From a virus (Duplodnaviria; Caudoviricetes): a stretch of DNA of 52,377 bases. The number at the start of each line of letters is the position of its first letter. The stretch's first letter is position 1. A program made the position numbers and the translations under genes. The stretch spans positions 1-52,377 of IMG/VR virus record IMGVR_UViG_3300045000_000068; one strand, given 5' to 3'. The notes below the pieces were generated by a model. It was not told the origin of the DNA. It saw only the letters and a program-made list of their open reading frames with translations, and did no database searches. Below, piece by piece: positions 20,501 through 29,697 of this stretch.

Positions 20501-21958
20501 ATCAAGGACATCCCGGACGGCAACTTCTCCGTCACCGGCACCGGCGTTACGCAGTTCAAGTTCTCATCGTCCGGCGAGGTGACGGGCGGCCCGCCCGGCA
20601 CCGACTGGCTGGGCTTGGCGACCGGTGGTTACGTCTCGGGCCCCGGCACGCCGACCAGCGATTCGATCAACGCTCGGCTGTCCAACGGCGAGTACGTGGT
20701 TCGGGCGGCAGCGACGCGCGACGTCGGTGTCAGCACGCTCGAGCACATCAACCGCACCGGCGAGCTGCCGGCGTTCGCCGAGGGTGGCGTGTTCATGAAC
20801 GGCGGCGGTTCCCGCCCGCTGAACAAGACGCTGACCGAGTCCTACCGGGGCGACGCCAAGGACATCGTCGCGAAGCTGCGCCCGCAGCTCCAGGCCCAGG
20901 TGAAGTTGATCGACTCCGGCGGCAACGTCGGCGGGGCGCTCGACTGGGCCCGCGCCCAGCACGGCAAGCCGTATGTGTGGGGGGGCGTCGGACCGCGAGG
21001 CTACGACTGCTCCGGGTTCATGGCGGCGATCATGAACGTGATGGCGGGGAAGAACCCGCACTCGCGTCGCGGCACCACGGCCACGTTCCCGTGGCCGGGC
21101 ATGCAGCCCGGCATGGGGCCGGGCCTGTCGGTCGGCAACACCAAGAACGCCGGCGGCGGCATCGGCCACATGGCCGGCACCCTGGCTGGCGTCAACGTGG
21201 AGGCCGCCGGCGGCGGCAAGGGCGTGCGCGTCGGGCCCTCTGCCCGCGGCGCGCAGGACCGGCTGTTCAACACGATCTGGCACATGCCCGGCCCGGCCAA
21301 CTTCGCGCCCGGCGGCGCCGCCGGCGGCGACCTCGGCATCGGCGGTAGCGGTGTTCAGCGGTGGCGCGGGGTGGTCAACCAGGCGCTGGCGTTCATGCGT
21401 CAGCCCGCCTCGTACGCCGACCTGACGCTGCGCCGGATGAACCAGGAGTCCTCTGGCAATCCGAGCATCGTCAACACCTGGGACTCGAACGCCAGGCGGG
21501 GCACCCCGTCTGTCGGCCTGATGCAGGTGATCCGCCCGACGTACGCCGACAACCGGCCCCCGCCCGGGATGGACAGGGGCCCGTATCTGCACGGCGTCTC
21601 GATCGACCCGATGGCCAACATCGTCTCGTCGATGAAGTACGCGCTCAAGCGCTACGGCTCCCTGCCGGCCGCCTACAACAAGGCGGGCGGCTACGACGAG
21701 GGCGGCCTTGCCACCGGCAAGGGCCTGCTCCCGAAGTACACCGTCGCCCCTGAGCGGGTGCTCAGCCCGCGGCAGACAGCCGCGTTCGAGCAGCTTGTCG
21801 ACGACCTGACCCGGCCCCGGCCGATCTCGTCGCTGATGAGCGGCGGCGGCGGCTCGACGGTGGTCAAGAACTTCAACCTCACGGTGCTCAACGCCGGCAA
21901 CTCGCAGGTGGACCTCCAGGCGCAGTTCTCGCGTCTCGAACTGACGGCAGGAGTGTGA
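17585..21958 (+). CDS. Tape measure protein with NlpC/P60-like and lytic transglycosylase domains
   Basis: Long Ala-rich helical ORF; YVWGG...DCSG; QESSGNP...GLMQVI. Confidence 0.92.
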   Translation: MADRVVNVKLSANVRDYSSSVNKAARDTEDLANKAEKFSGKTYRAKVAVDGAATASAEVAQLRARLEKVQGRYSASVRVDHRGASRDTAAIMNSIMALGPAAIAAGAAASGAMIALGSTLGVLAGGVGVSILAFSGLGDALEAMGQAELRSGVNAQKSAQDRAAATRQVDAARTAVVRAEQDQAQAAQLGERQIRDAKSAVSKAYGEAASANSKAAAEVEDSEDDLATAHQKVRYALEDLSIARQKAVRDLDDMRERGRDNALDEEQAEIRLIEARDKLVELNKTGAASEMDLRKARLAVAQADNALKDVRRDAARNASDLNAAEAAGVEGMPGVVSAKGDLAQAEAGVEQARRDLIKAQAEVVTSEREGNAKIAAAVQDLQDTRDDAARRNADAALSVSDAEARVQQAVADATIKMSEQSTEAKKLAEEMSKLGPAGQSFVSYLHALKPQMEELQALSQAGMFPGMEAGIDSLMLIFPDIIYFVDKTSLALGDMAQQAGDALNDPFWRGFIRFLADEAGPMFESFFRIAEGLARGLAGMQMAFNPMARDIVGGLEEMATKFAKWGASLSSNDGFEKFIQYVREVGPQVMGTLGSIADLIGSVAVAAAPLGPVVLGGIKLLADTLAFIAGIPGVGTTLIAVAASIGVINIAMRAMDIAKFSHFGLFLAGLPARAGSASTAMGVMALNMGASDKAATRMADSGDRVGRAMSGLGSAIPIAGIALVGLGMAYEEFGSKAEENAGKAVTGSISLREAIALEQQQVEKNVIWWGLGLNKQDEYADAADRVTQAYHDQFAKLDPLEQANSRVSLAQEHLNDMIERFGAYSPEARSATEGLTWASKDLEIQQLMTEEGIDRATAAMLRQKDAAIEAANADVSFERAKIGVESAVERAREATERYGAESWRSRDATLAVEDAAHRSAAAARDKAMADGEANGASNIAELGAKAQKDEYLRLADMVKEPLRAELLTLAQNIKDIPDGNFSVTGTGVTQFKFSSSGEVTGGPPGTDWLGLATGGYVSGPGTPTSDSINARLSNGEYVVRAAATRDVGVSTLEHINRTGELPAFAEGGVFMNGGGSRPLNKTLTESYRGDAKDIVAKLRPQLQAQVKLIDSGGNVGGALDWARAQHGKPYVWGGVGPRGYDCSGFMAAIMNVMAGKNPHSRRGTTATFPWPGMQPGMGPGLSVGNTKNAGGGIGHMAGTLAGVNVEAAGGGKGVRVGPSARGAQDRLFNTIWHMPGPANFAPGGAAGGDLGIGGSGVQRWRGVVNQALAFMRQPASYADLTLRRMNQESSGNPSIVNTWDSNARRGTPSVGLMQVIRPTYADNRPPPGMDRGPYLHGVSIDPMANIVSSMKYALKRYGSLPAAYNKAGGYDEGGLATGKGLLPKYTVAPERVLSPRQTAAFEQLVDDLTRPRPISSLMSGGGGSTVVKNFNLTVLNAGNSQVDLQAQFSRLELTAGV

Positions 21959-21961
21959 CCC

Positions 21962-22831
21962 GTGGCGGTGCTTGAGCCCATCGAGTGGATCTCTCCGGGC
22001 GGCACGGCGACCGAGCTGCACGTGCAGCCCGGCGTCTCCGGCCGCTTCGCACCGCCGGTGGTCATCCAGGAGGACGAGGTCCCGGGGATCCCGGGGTCTC
22101 GCTTCCGGGAGGCCCGGCACGGGCCGCGGGAGTTCCCGCTCCCGATCTTCTACGAGGCAGTGGACGAGGCGACGAAGCGGCTCGGGCTGCGCACGCTGAT
22201 CCGGGAGATGGATCCGGTCGCGGGCACCGGCAAGCTCCGGGTGTACAGCCCGGTCGGCGACCAGCGGGAGATCAACTGCCGGGTGGTCGCCGGCCTGGGG
22301 CTGGACGAGGGCACCGACAGCGCCTACCCGGGGTGGCAGAAGGCCGTCGCCATGTTCCGGGCGTTCGACCCGTACTGGTACGACACCAGCGACACGATCG
22401 AGACGTTCACGTCCGGCGCCGCGGCCTCGTTCTTCCCGATCTTCCCGATCCGGCTGTCGAGCTCCGAGGTGTTTATCGACGCCACGGTGAACAACACCGG
22501 CGACCTCGAGACCTGGCCGGTGTGGGAGATCACCGGGCCCGGCTCGGACATCCGAATGCTGGACCTCAACACCGGCGCCGTGACCGACCTGACGTCCGGC
22601 GCGGGCACCGTCACCGTCGGCTCCGGCGAGGTGGTCACGCTCGACACCCGGCCCGGGGCGAAGACCGTCACCCTGTCCGACGGCACGAACCTCTGGCCGT
22701 ATCTGTCGACCGACTCCACGCTCTGGCCGCTCGCGGTGGGCCCCAACTCGGTCCGCGTGGAGATGGGCGGGGCGGTGACCGGCGAGTCCTCTGTCCGGCT
22801 CACCTACCGACCGAGGTACCTCACGCCATGA
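21962..22831 (+). CDS. Distal tail protein (Dit-like)
   Basis: DPYWY, NTGDLETWPVWEITGP; position. Confidence 0.8.
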   Translation: MAVLEPIEWISPGGTATELHVQPGVSGRFAPPVVIQEDEVPGIPGSRFREARHGPREFPLPIFYEAVDEATKRLGLRTLIREMDPVAGTGKLRVYSPVGDQREINCRVVAGLGLDEGTDSAYPGWQKAVAMFRAFDPYWYDTSDTIETFTSGAAASFFPIFPIRLSSSEVFIDATVNNTGDLETWPVWEITGPGSDIRMLDLNTGAVTDLTSGAGTVTVGSGEVVTLDTRPGAKTVTLSDGTNLWPYLSTDSTLWPLAVGPNSVRVEMGGAVTGESSVRLTYRPRYLTP

Positions 22832-23961
22832 CCGGCCCGACGATCTACGTCCGGGATCCGGCGCTCAACCGGATCGGCCAGCTCGATGATTTCGCCCGGC
22901 TGCACGTGGACCCCAAGTTCAACGACGTCGGCTCGTGGGAGCTCGAGCTCGACCGGCGCGTCCCGCTGGCGGCGGAGCTGGCCCGGCCCGGCTACGGGCT
23001 CCAGGTCATCTACAACGGCAACACGCTGACGTCCGGGCCGACCGTGGCCCGGCGGCTGGAGCGCCAGAACGGCACCAGCAAGCTGGCGATCCGCGGGGTG
23101 GACGACAACGTCTGGCTGGCCCGCCGGTTCGCGCACATGCAGCCGGCCAGCCTGGCCCCGCCCTACTCGACGAACGAGCACGACGTCCGCACCGGGCGGT
23201 GCTCGACGGTGCTGCGGCAGTACGCCGACGTCAACGCCGGCCCTGGGGCGATCGTGCCCCGCCGGGTGCCCGGCCTGGTGATCGGCACCGATCCGCTGGT
23301 CGGCACCAACCCGGTGACCGGCCGGGCGCGGCTGCAGGTGCTGATCGAGTTCATGCGGGAGCTCGCGGCCGGCGGCGGCGGGCTCGGGTTCCGGGTCGTG
23401 CAGGTCGGGCTGACCCTCGAGTTTCAGGTGTACCTGCCGGTGGACCGCTCGCAGTCGGTCAAGTTCAGCGAGGCCCTCCAGAACATCGGCGACTACACGT
23501 TCGAGTCCTCGGCCCCCGAAGCCAACTGGATCATCTGCGCCGGCGGCGGCGAGGGCACCGCCCGGACGTTCGTGGAGGGCGGCGACGGCCTCTCGCAGGC
23601 GGACTGGGGCCGGATCGAGCTGATGCGGGACCGGCGCGACACCACGGTCACCGCCGAGATGCAGCAGACGATCACCGAGGAGCTGGCCGAGAAGGCGGCC
23701 CCGGTGTCGCTGACCATCTCGCCGTTCGACACCACCCAGCAGCGCTACGGCGAGCACTACGGCCTGGGCGACCGCGTGACGGTGATCGTCGAGGGCGAAC
23801 CGATCGTCGAGTCGATCCGGCAGGTCTCGCTGACCTACGACGCCAGCGGCCCGCTGAACATGCGAAGCACCGTCGGCACCCCCGGGCGCGGCGACATCTT
23901 CCGGGTCTTCAAGGCCCTGCGCGATCTGCGCTACCGGGTTACAGACATCGAGCGGAGATAA
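22828..23961 (+). CDS. Minor tail / baseplate hub protein
   Basis: FNDVGSWEL, GGGEGTAR, YGLGDRVTV; ATGA overlap. Confidence 0.8.
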   Translation: MTGPTIYVRDPALNRIGQLDDFARLHVDPKFNDVGSWELELDRRVPLAAELARPGYGLQVIYNGNTLTSGPTVARRLERQNGTSKLAIRGVDDNVWLARRFAHMQPASLAPPYSTNEHDVRTGRCSTVLRQYADVNAGPGAIVPRRVPGLVIGTDPLVGTNPVTGRARLQVLIEFMRELAAGGGGLGFRVVQVGLTLEFQVYLPVDRSQSVKFSEALQNIGDYTFESSAPEANWIICAGGGEGTARTFVEGGDGLSQADWGRIELMRDRRDTTVTAEMQQTITEELAEKAAPVSLTISPFDTTQQRYGEHYGLGDRVTVIVEGEPIVESIRQVSLTYDASGPLNMRSTVGTPGRGDIFRVFKALRDLRYRVTDIERR

Positions 23962-23967
23962 GACCAC

Positions 23968-24882
23968 ATGGCCAACCTGGACATTTACGCCCCGTTCGAC
24001 TCCGGCCCCGGCGCGAACGTCACCGAGGACACCTGGCGCCTGATGATGCGCCACATGCTCGGCTCGGCGTCCGGCATCATCCGCGCGTTCGAGAACGAGT
24101 TCGCGGTGACCGCGAACGCGTCCGGCATGCAGGTGTTCGTCGACTCCGGCGAATGCTGGATGCGCGGCCACTTCGGCCGCAAGACGACATCGACGACGCT
24201 GCCGATCGCGGCGGCGCACGCCACGCTCCCGCGCAAGGACCGGGTGATCCTGCGCGCCGACTTCCTCAACAACGTCATCTCGCTGGAGGTGCTGACCGGC
24301 ACGGCTGCGGCGTCGCCGACGGAGCCGACGCTCACCCAGAACACCACGGTGTGGGAGACGGCGCTCGCGGTTGTCGACGTCACCGCGGCGGACGTGACCA
24401 TCGCGGCCAACCAGGTCACCGACGACCGGCGGTACACGCAGGGGAACGCCCGGTACCTGCGCGTGGGCAACCAGTTGATCCCCGACGTCACCGCGACCAA
24501 GGTGATCTGGGACCTCCCCTCGGTCACCAGCCCCGGCAACATCCGGCTGCTGGCCGGCGGAACCGACTTCGAGTTCCAGCACGACGGGCTGTACCTGGTC
24601 AGCTTCGGTGTCGCCTGGGCCATCTCCGACATCGCAGCGTCGACCCGCTCGGCGTGGATCTCCAACTCGGCCGGGACCGTTCGGTTCGCGTCCGCGGAGG
24701 CGTCCACCGCCGCGGCACGGTTCCCCGCTGCGAGCGTCTCGTTCACCCGTCGCTGGCTCGCCGGCGAGAAGATCAGCGCCTACGTGTTCGACGCCGGCGA
24801 CTCCGGGTCGGACAACATCCAGGGCCACAGCGGGGCCCAGGAGGGCACGTACTTCGACATCACCTGGATCGGTCACTCGTGA
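23968..24882 (+). CDS. Minor tail protein
   Basis: PFDSGPG, LPRKDRVILR; position. Confidence 0.75.
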   Translation: MANLDIYAPFDSGPGANVTEDTWRLMMRHMLGSASGIIRAFENEFAVTANASGMQVFVDSGECWMRGHFGRKTTSTTLPIAAAHATLPRKDRVILRADFLNNVISLEVLTGTAAASPTEPTLTQNTTVWETALAVVDVTAADVTIAANQVTDDRRYTQGNARYLRVGNQLIPDVTATKVIWDLPSVTSPGNIRLLAGGTDFEFQHDGLYLVSFGVAWAISDIAASTRSAWISNSAGTVRFASAEASTAAARFPAASVSFTRRWLAGEKISAYVFDAGDSGSDNIQGHSGAQEGTYFDITWIGHS

Positions 24883-25280
24883 CCCGCCCGGACCCGCGGC
24901 CGCGGCCGGAGCCGCGGCTCGCCGACGACCCGACCGCGCTGCTCGAGCGGCTGCTGGTCCTGTTCGGCCGCCGGCCGGACCGGCGCGACGAGCTGGTGCG
25001 CACGTTCCTCGCGCTGCACGACGGCTTGTCGTCGGGGGAGATGCACGTCCCGCAGCAGTGGACGGCGGCGCAGCCGGCACCGGTGGTGCTCCCGGCCGAC
25101 GCTGATGCCGAGCTCGCGGCCGCGCGTGCGGCGGTGGAGGCGGCACAGCTCGAGCTGGCGAACGCCGACCACACCGCGCTGACCGCGCAGGCTGACCGGG
25201 ACGCGCGTGCGCGCGCGGTCGGTGAGGCCCGGAAGAAGTTCTACGACCTCGCGCGCGTGCGCGACCTGTCGAGGCCGTGA
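24879..25280 (+). CDS. Hypothetical protein
   Basis: GTGA overlap with the upstream gene; overlaps the downstream start. Confidence 0.6.
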   Translation: MTRPDPRPRPEPRLADDPTALLERLLVLFGRRPDRRDELVRTFLALHDGLSSGEMHVPQQWTAAQPAPVVLPADADAELAAARAAVEAAQLELANADHTALTAQADRDARARAVGEARKKFYDLARVRDLSRP

Positions 25281-25723
25281 TGGCAGCGGCAGCAGCGGCA
25301 GACGCGTCGCCGCACTTCATCCTGACCGCCCGGCACTCCCCGTTTGAGCTCGCGGTGCTGGCGGTGGCGCTGATCACCGGGGTGATCAACCTGGTGGCCA
25401 ACTCGACCAGCCCGAGCTTGCAGGCGGTCGCCGCGGCCATCCCGTTCTACCCGCAGGTCTGGGGCGCCGGTCTGGTGCTCGGCTCCACGGCCGGGCTGGT
25501 CAGCGTGTTCCTCAAGATCCCGATGTCGCTGATCCTGGAGCGAATCGGCCTGAGCCTGCTCGCCACGCTGTTCACCAGCTACGGCATCGCGATCGGACTC
25601 GCCGCCGGCGGCCGGGGCATCGGCTCGGTGCTGCTGGTCGGCAGCTTCGCCATCGGCTCGGTGCTGCGGATCCTCGCGATCAACCGGGACATCCGCCTGA
25701 TAGGGAAGGCAGCAGCGGCATGA
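25277..25723 (+). CDS. Membrane protein, about 4 TM (lysis-cassette-like)
   Basis: Four hydrophobic segments. Confidence 0.7.
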   Translation: MMAAAAAADASPHFILTARHSPFELAVLAVALITGVINLVANSTSPSLQAVAAAIPFYPQVWGAGLVLGSTAGLVSVFLKIPMSLILERIGLSLLATLFTSYGIAIGLAAGGRGIGSVLLVGSFAIGSVLRILAINRDIRLIGKAAAA

Positions 25724-26079
25724 CCCTCGAGACCGTCATCCTGCTGCTCACGACGTTCGGCGGTCTCAGCGGTACCGCGGTGCTCCTGTACAAGGCCAAG
25801 GCCGACAAGCGCCGGCTGACCACCGAGACCGGGAAGATCTCCGCGGACGCCGCGGCCGTCATCTCCGATTCCGCCGTCGCGCTGCTCAAGCCGATGAAGG
25901 ACGCGCTCTCCGACATGGAGAACCAGGTCCAGGGCCTCAAGGGCCAGCTCGCCGCGGTGACCCAGCGAGCCGACTCGCTGGACCGCCAGCTCAGGGCCGC
26001 CACCAAGCAGCTCGGTGCGATCCGCGCCGGGCTCGGCGACCTCGAATTCGAACGCATGCTCGAGAGGGGCCCCTCTTGA
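25720..26079 (+). CDS. Membrane-anchored coiled-coil protein
   Basis: N-terminal TM plus heptad repeats. Confidence 0.7.
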   Translation: MTLETVILLLTTFGGLSGTAVLLYKAKADKRRLTTETGKISADAAAVISDSAVALLKPMKDALSDMENQVQGLKGQLAAVTQRADSLDRQLRAATKQLGAIRAGLGDLEFERMLERGPS

Positions 26080-26102
26080 GCAGCTCAACCGAAGGAGTGC
26101 AC

Positions 26103-26282
26103 ATGAAGGTTTCCACGTACGCCAAGAGCATTATCGGCGCCCTCGCCGCGGCTGCGATCGTCGCCAAGGCCGTCGTCACCGACGGCGAGGTCACACCGGC
26201 AGAGGGCGTGGAGATCGTGCTCGCCGTCCTGGCCGCGTTCGGCATCTACCAGGTGCCCAACGCCCCGGCCGAGCGGGCCTGA
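26103..26282 (+). CDS. Putative holin (2 TM)
   Basis: AAGGAG RBS; YAKSIIGAL...GIYQVPN. Confidence 0.7.
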   Translation: MKVSTYAKSIIGALAAAAIVAKAVVTDGEVTPAEGVEIVLAVLAAFGIYQVPNAPAERA

Positions 26283-26297
26283 CCGGCCCCCGAACAC

Positions 26298-26336
26298 GAA
26301 GAGAGCCCCTCACCCTGCTGGGTGGGGGGCTCTTTC
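26298..26336. terminator. Intrinsic terminator between convergent genes
   Basis: AGAGCCCCTCACCC-TGCT-GGGTGGGGGGCTCT followed by TT. Confidence 0.8.
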
Positions 26337-26416
26337 CGTTCCCGGGATCCTCGGGGCTGTTGGCCACTCGTCCGGGACGAAAGCGAACGTAGCACCGCGC
26401 CCCGACGGCCGGACCC

Positions 26417-26656
26417 CTACACGTCGCCGTCGATCACCAGGTACGGCCCGCGGGCCGCGCCGTCGAGCGTGCCGCCCGGCGCCCCCTGGGCGTGCTCCAG
26501 GATCTCGGCGAGCGTCTTGGTGCGCTGGCAGTCGCGGCACACCGCGACGCTGTGGTCTTCGATCGAGTTGGCCCATCGACAGGGCTCAACGTCGGGTGGC
26601 AGTTTCTTCGGATCGGACACTCGGCCGCACACGTCGCAGGCCAACACCTCGGCCAT
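26417..26656 (-). CDS. Small Cys-rich (CxxC...CxxC) protein
   Basis: CDVC, CRDC; directly downstream of the recombinase. Confidence 0.6.
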   Translation of the reverse strand: MAEVLACDVCGRVSDPKKLPPDVEPCRWANSIEDHSVAVCRDCQRTKTLAEILEHAQGAPGGTLDGAARGPYLVIDGDV

Positions 26657-26668
26657 GGGTCCTACCCT

Positions 26669-27691
26669 CTATCGGTTCAACATGGATCTACCACGCAGGG
26701 CCCGGTCGCGCTCGCGGCGCCCGGACTCTACCCCGATGTACCGTTCGGTCATCGCCCGGCTCGCGTGGCCCAGGAGCGCCTGTACGACCCCGATCGGGTC
26801 CGGGTGTCGCTCCGCGCAGAGCTGCTCGTACAGCGCCCGCGCGATGCTGCGCCGCACGGTGTGCACGCCCTCGCCGCGCAGCTCGGACGGGTCGACGTCC
26901 AGCACCCGCGCGAGGTGTTTCTTCACGATGATGTAGCAGCCCGCGGTCCGGCCCTGGGTCGGCACGTACTCGATCCGGCCGGTGGGGCCGACGCTCCGGC
27001 GGCGCGGGATCAGGTGCCAGTCGGGCCGCAGCGGCCCGCACGCATCCTCGTAGATCTTGAACCACAGCCGGAGCTCGTCGGCCAGCTCGGACACCACCGG
27101 CAGGACGTCGCCGTCGTCGCCGGTCTTGTGCCGGGTCCAGTCGATCTCGCCGGCGTCCAGGTCGACATCGTCCACGCGCAGCGTCAGCAGCTCGCCACCC
27201 CGGCCGCCGGTGTACGCCGCGAGCGCACACATCACGCGCTCGTACGGATCTTCGGCGCCCTCGCACAGGTCTCCGAGCTGGTCCACCGTGAGCCGCAGCC
27301 GCCGGACGCGGCGGACCTTGACGCGGGCACGGGTCGGCTGCACCACCTCGCCGGGGACGAGCCCGTTGCGGAACGACCACTCGAGGAACTGACCGAGGCT
27401 CCCGGCACGGACGTTGTACGTGCTGCCGGCCATCGAGTCGCGCAGCCCGGCCCCGTGGTGCTCCCGGCCGCGACACCCCGGGGTGCACGTGTGGCGACCC
27501 CACAGGTAGCGCTCAACGTCCGCCTCCCGCAGGTTCTTCGGAACCTTGCGGGTCGAGTCCCACCAGCTTGCGAAGCGCATCACCGTCACACGCATGTTCT
27601 TGAGCGTCTGCGGCCCGATGTGGCCGGACAGCCGCGATAGGTACACGTCAGCGTGCTGGCGCATCGTGGTCCGAGGGCCGTGGGTCGGCAT
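26669..27691 (-). CDS. int: Tyrosine recombinase/integrase
   Basis: TGGRGGEL (Arg), HTVRR, LLGHAS...TERY catalytic residues. Confidence 0.9.
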   Translation of the reverse strand: MPTHGPRTTMRQHADVYLSRLSGHIGPQTLKNMRVTVMRFASWWDSTRKVPKNLREADVERYLWGRHTCTPGCRGREHHGAGLRDSMAGSTYNVRAGSLGQFLEWSFRNGLVPGEVVQPTRARVKVRRVRRLRLTVDQLGDLCEGAEDPYERVMCALAAYTGGRGGELLTLRVDDVDLDAGEIDWTRHKTGDDGDVLPVVSELADELRLWFKIYEDACGPLRPDWHLIPRRRSVGPTGRIEYVPTQGRTAGCYIIVKKHLARVLDVDPSELRGEGVHTVRRSIARALYEQLCAERHPDPIGVVQALLGHASRAMTERYIGVESGRRERDRALRGRSMLNR

Positions 27692-27915
27692 GATTGCCAC
27701 TCTCCGCTTGCGCCCGTACCTTGTCAACCGCGAAGCTTGCAAACGGACTTATCTACGAGTATGACGGCACCCGTGACCTGCAAGTTAGCGGTGGCAAGTA
27801 TGGGGTATCTCCCCGGTTCGGCGCCGCCGTAGCTTGCCCGATTTGCTCGCGGAGAGCAAGCATGGCAAGATAGCTGCTGCTCGCCGTCACGCGGAGATCA
27901 AGGAGGGCCCAGACC

Positions 27916-28371
27916 ATGCCCGCCCAGAGGCGACTGCCGCCGCGTCCGAAGCTGCTACAGCTTCGCGACCAGAACCTCACCCACCAGCAGATCGCCGACA
28001 TGTACGGCGTACGTCGGCAGGCAGTGACGCTCGCACTCAAGGGCGTGGAGGCGCCGAAGGCCCGCCAGCGAGACTGGCCGTGGGACGTGCAGGGCCGGCA
28101 CAAGACCGGGTGGCTGTACGAGGCCATCTCGTTCTACTCGGTCGCGATGAGCAAAGAGCGCCCGCTCACCGAGCGGCAGCGCCAGCGGCTGGCCGCGTTT
28201 ATGACCATGGTCGACCGGCTACCCGGCGATTTCGTCGTGGACTACTACCCGGACACCGCGGCCGGGTTCCGGCTGCGCGAGCGTCGCGACACCGACGACG
28301 AGGATTCGCTGCTGGGCTCCCCGTCGGAGTCGACAGCCCGAGAGCAGGCGTTCTCCAACCGCGGCTGGTAG
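27916..28371 (+). CDS. Immunity repressor (L5 gp71-like)
   Basis: HTH THQQIADMYGVRRQAV, then WPW...H and VVDYYPD...GF...R..TD; AAGGAGG RBS. Confidence 0.75.
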   Translation: MPAQRRLPPRPKLLQLRDQNLTHQQIADMYGVRRQAVTLALKGVEAPKARQRDWPWDVQGRHKTGWLYEAISFYSVAMSKERPLTERQRQRLAAFMTMVDRLPGDFVVDYYPDTAAGFRLRERRDTDDEDSLLGSPSESTAREQAFSNRGW

Positions 28372-28397
28372 GACGCGCCGGGCGCCCCCCGGCACGC

Positions 28398-28432
28398 AAG
28401 AGCCCCCTCACCCGTGTGGCGAGGGGGCTCTT
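28398..28432. terminator. Bidirectional terminator
   Basis: AAGAGCCCCCTC...GAGGGGGCTCTT between convergent genes. Confidence 0.8.
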
Positions 28433-28442
28433 CGCTGTGCTC

Positions 28443-28664
28443 TTACCGCTCCGGCTCGAGGTCCGCGGGATCGAACCACGCGCCGACCAGGGACCCGCGC
28501 CCCCCGTACCCGGCAGGGCTGTCGAACTTGAACTCAAACTCGATGTAGTGGGTCCGCTCCGGTGCGTGGGGGAAGCCGGTGTCCCGCGTCCTGCTCAGCG
28601 TCCCCGCTTTCGTCAGCCACGGGGAGTTCCCCCGCTCGACCCTCACCCGGTCGCCGATCTTCAT
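28443..28664 (-). CDS. Hypothetical protein (SH3/KOW-like MKIGDRVRV start)
   Basis: ATGA overlap with the upstream gene. Confidence 0.6.
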   Translation of the reverse strand: MKIGDRVRVERGNSPWLTKAGTLSRTRDTGFPHAPERTHYIEFEFKFDSPAGYGGRGSLVGAWFDPADLEPER

Positions 28665-29125
28665 GCCGCCCCCTGCTCGTCCGATTCGCCGCTTTCGCCG
28701 GCCCATTGTGCCACGCGCACGTCCGGCCGGTTCTCGTGGTGAATCGCCTGGGCGACGGTGAGGTACGGCAGGCCGTTGGCGAGGCACCACGCCTTGACCG
28801 CTCCGGCGCGCAGCCCGAAGCCGTCGAGCTCGCTTACGCTGATCCTGGTGTTCCCGCGGATCCACCGGACGGCCTCGGTCTCGCTCAGGCCGAGGTCCCG
28901 CTGCACCGTGGCGACCGCGCAGGCCACCTCGTACGTCGTCAGCGCCCGCAGCACCGGCTGCCCGCGCAGCGCGGTGCGGACGTGCGCCCAGTCCAACCAG
29001 ATGTCCGGCGGGGGCGGGGGCACCTTGAGGTTCCGGCCGAACACGTGCCGGTAGCACAGGGCGCAGTAGCCCCGGGCCCGGTGCTTCCCCTGGCACCGCG
29101 GCATCATGCACCCGCGGGGCCTCAC
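28661..29125 (-). CDS. Cys-motif protein, paralogue B
   Basis: C..C...H.ARGYC..CY followed by the PPPPDIWLDW domain. Confidence 0.65.
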   Translation of the reverse strand: MRPRGCMMPRCQGKHRARGYCALCYRHVFGRNLKVPPPPPDIWLDWAHVRTALRGQPVLRALTTYEVACAVATVQRDLGLSETEAVRWIRGNTRISVSELDGFGLRAGAVKAWCLANGLPYLTVAQAIHHENRPDVRVAQWAGESGESDEQGAA

Positions 29126-29697
29126 GCTGCATCCTCGTCGAGCTCGTCGAGCTCGCCCGCGCAGGCGGCCACGTAGGTGTCTGGCTCGTTCACCCAGACG
29201 ACCGCCTCGGAGACGGTCAGCGCCCGCAGCCCGCGGCGGCGTGCCCACACCAGGGCCAGGAACTCGCCGTTGTCGGCGGGGATCGCGATCTCGGTGTTCT
29301 CGCGGAGCCACCCGGCCGCCTCGGCCCGGTGCACCAGGTTCCGCCGGGCCACCGTGGTGAGCGCGCACAGCGTCTCGTACTTGGTCAGCGGCCGCACCAG
29401 CGGGCCGCCCTGGAGGGCTCGGTGCACCGCGGCCCAGTCCAGCCAGATGTCCGGCGGGGGCGGGAGCCGGGGCCCCTCTCCGGCCGGGGCCGCGCACTCC
29501 ACGCAGGAGCCGTCCGGGGCCACGCCCTCGCCGATCAGGCCGTGGCCGTTCGGGCACAGCGGCGCACCGACCGAGCGCGCGTACCACCGGGTCTGGGCCA
29601 GCTTGCGGCACCGCTTGCACTTCCCGAGCGGGGTCACGTTGTCCAGGGTCCGGTAGTGGAGATCGGCGCGGCACCTCTCGACGAGCTCGCCGGTCAC
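29122..29697 (-). CDS. Cys-motif protein, paralogue A
   Basis: CKRC, CPNGH, CVEC followed by the PPPPDIWLDW domain. Confidence 0.65.
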   Translation of the reverse strand: MTGELVERCRADLHYRTLDNVTPLGKCKRCRKLAQTRWYARSVGAPLCPNGHGLIGEGVAPDGSCVECAAPAGEGPRLPPPPDIWLDWAAVHRALQGGPLVRPLTKYETLCALTTVARRNLVHRAEAAGWLRENTEIAIPADNGEFLALVWARRRGLRALTVSEAVVWVNEPDTYVAACAGELDELDEDAA

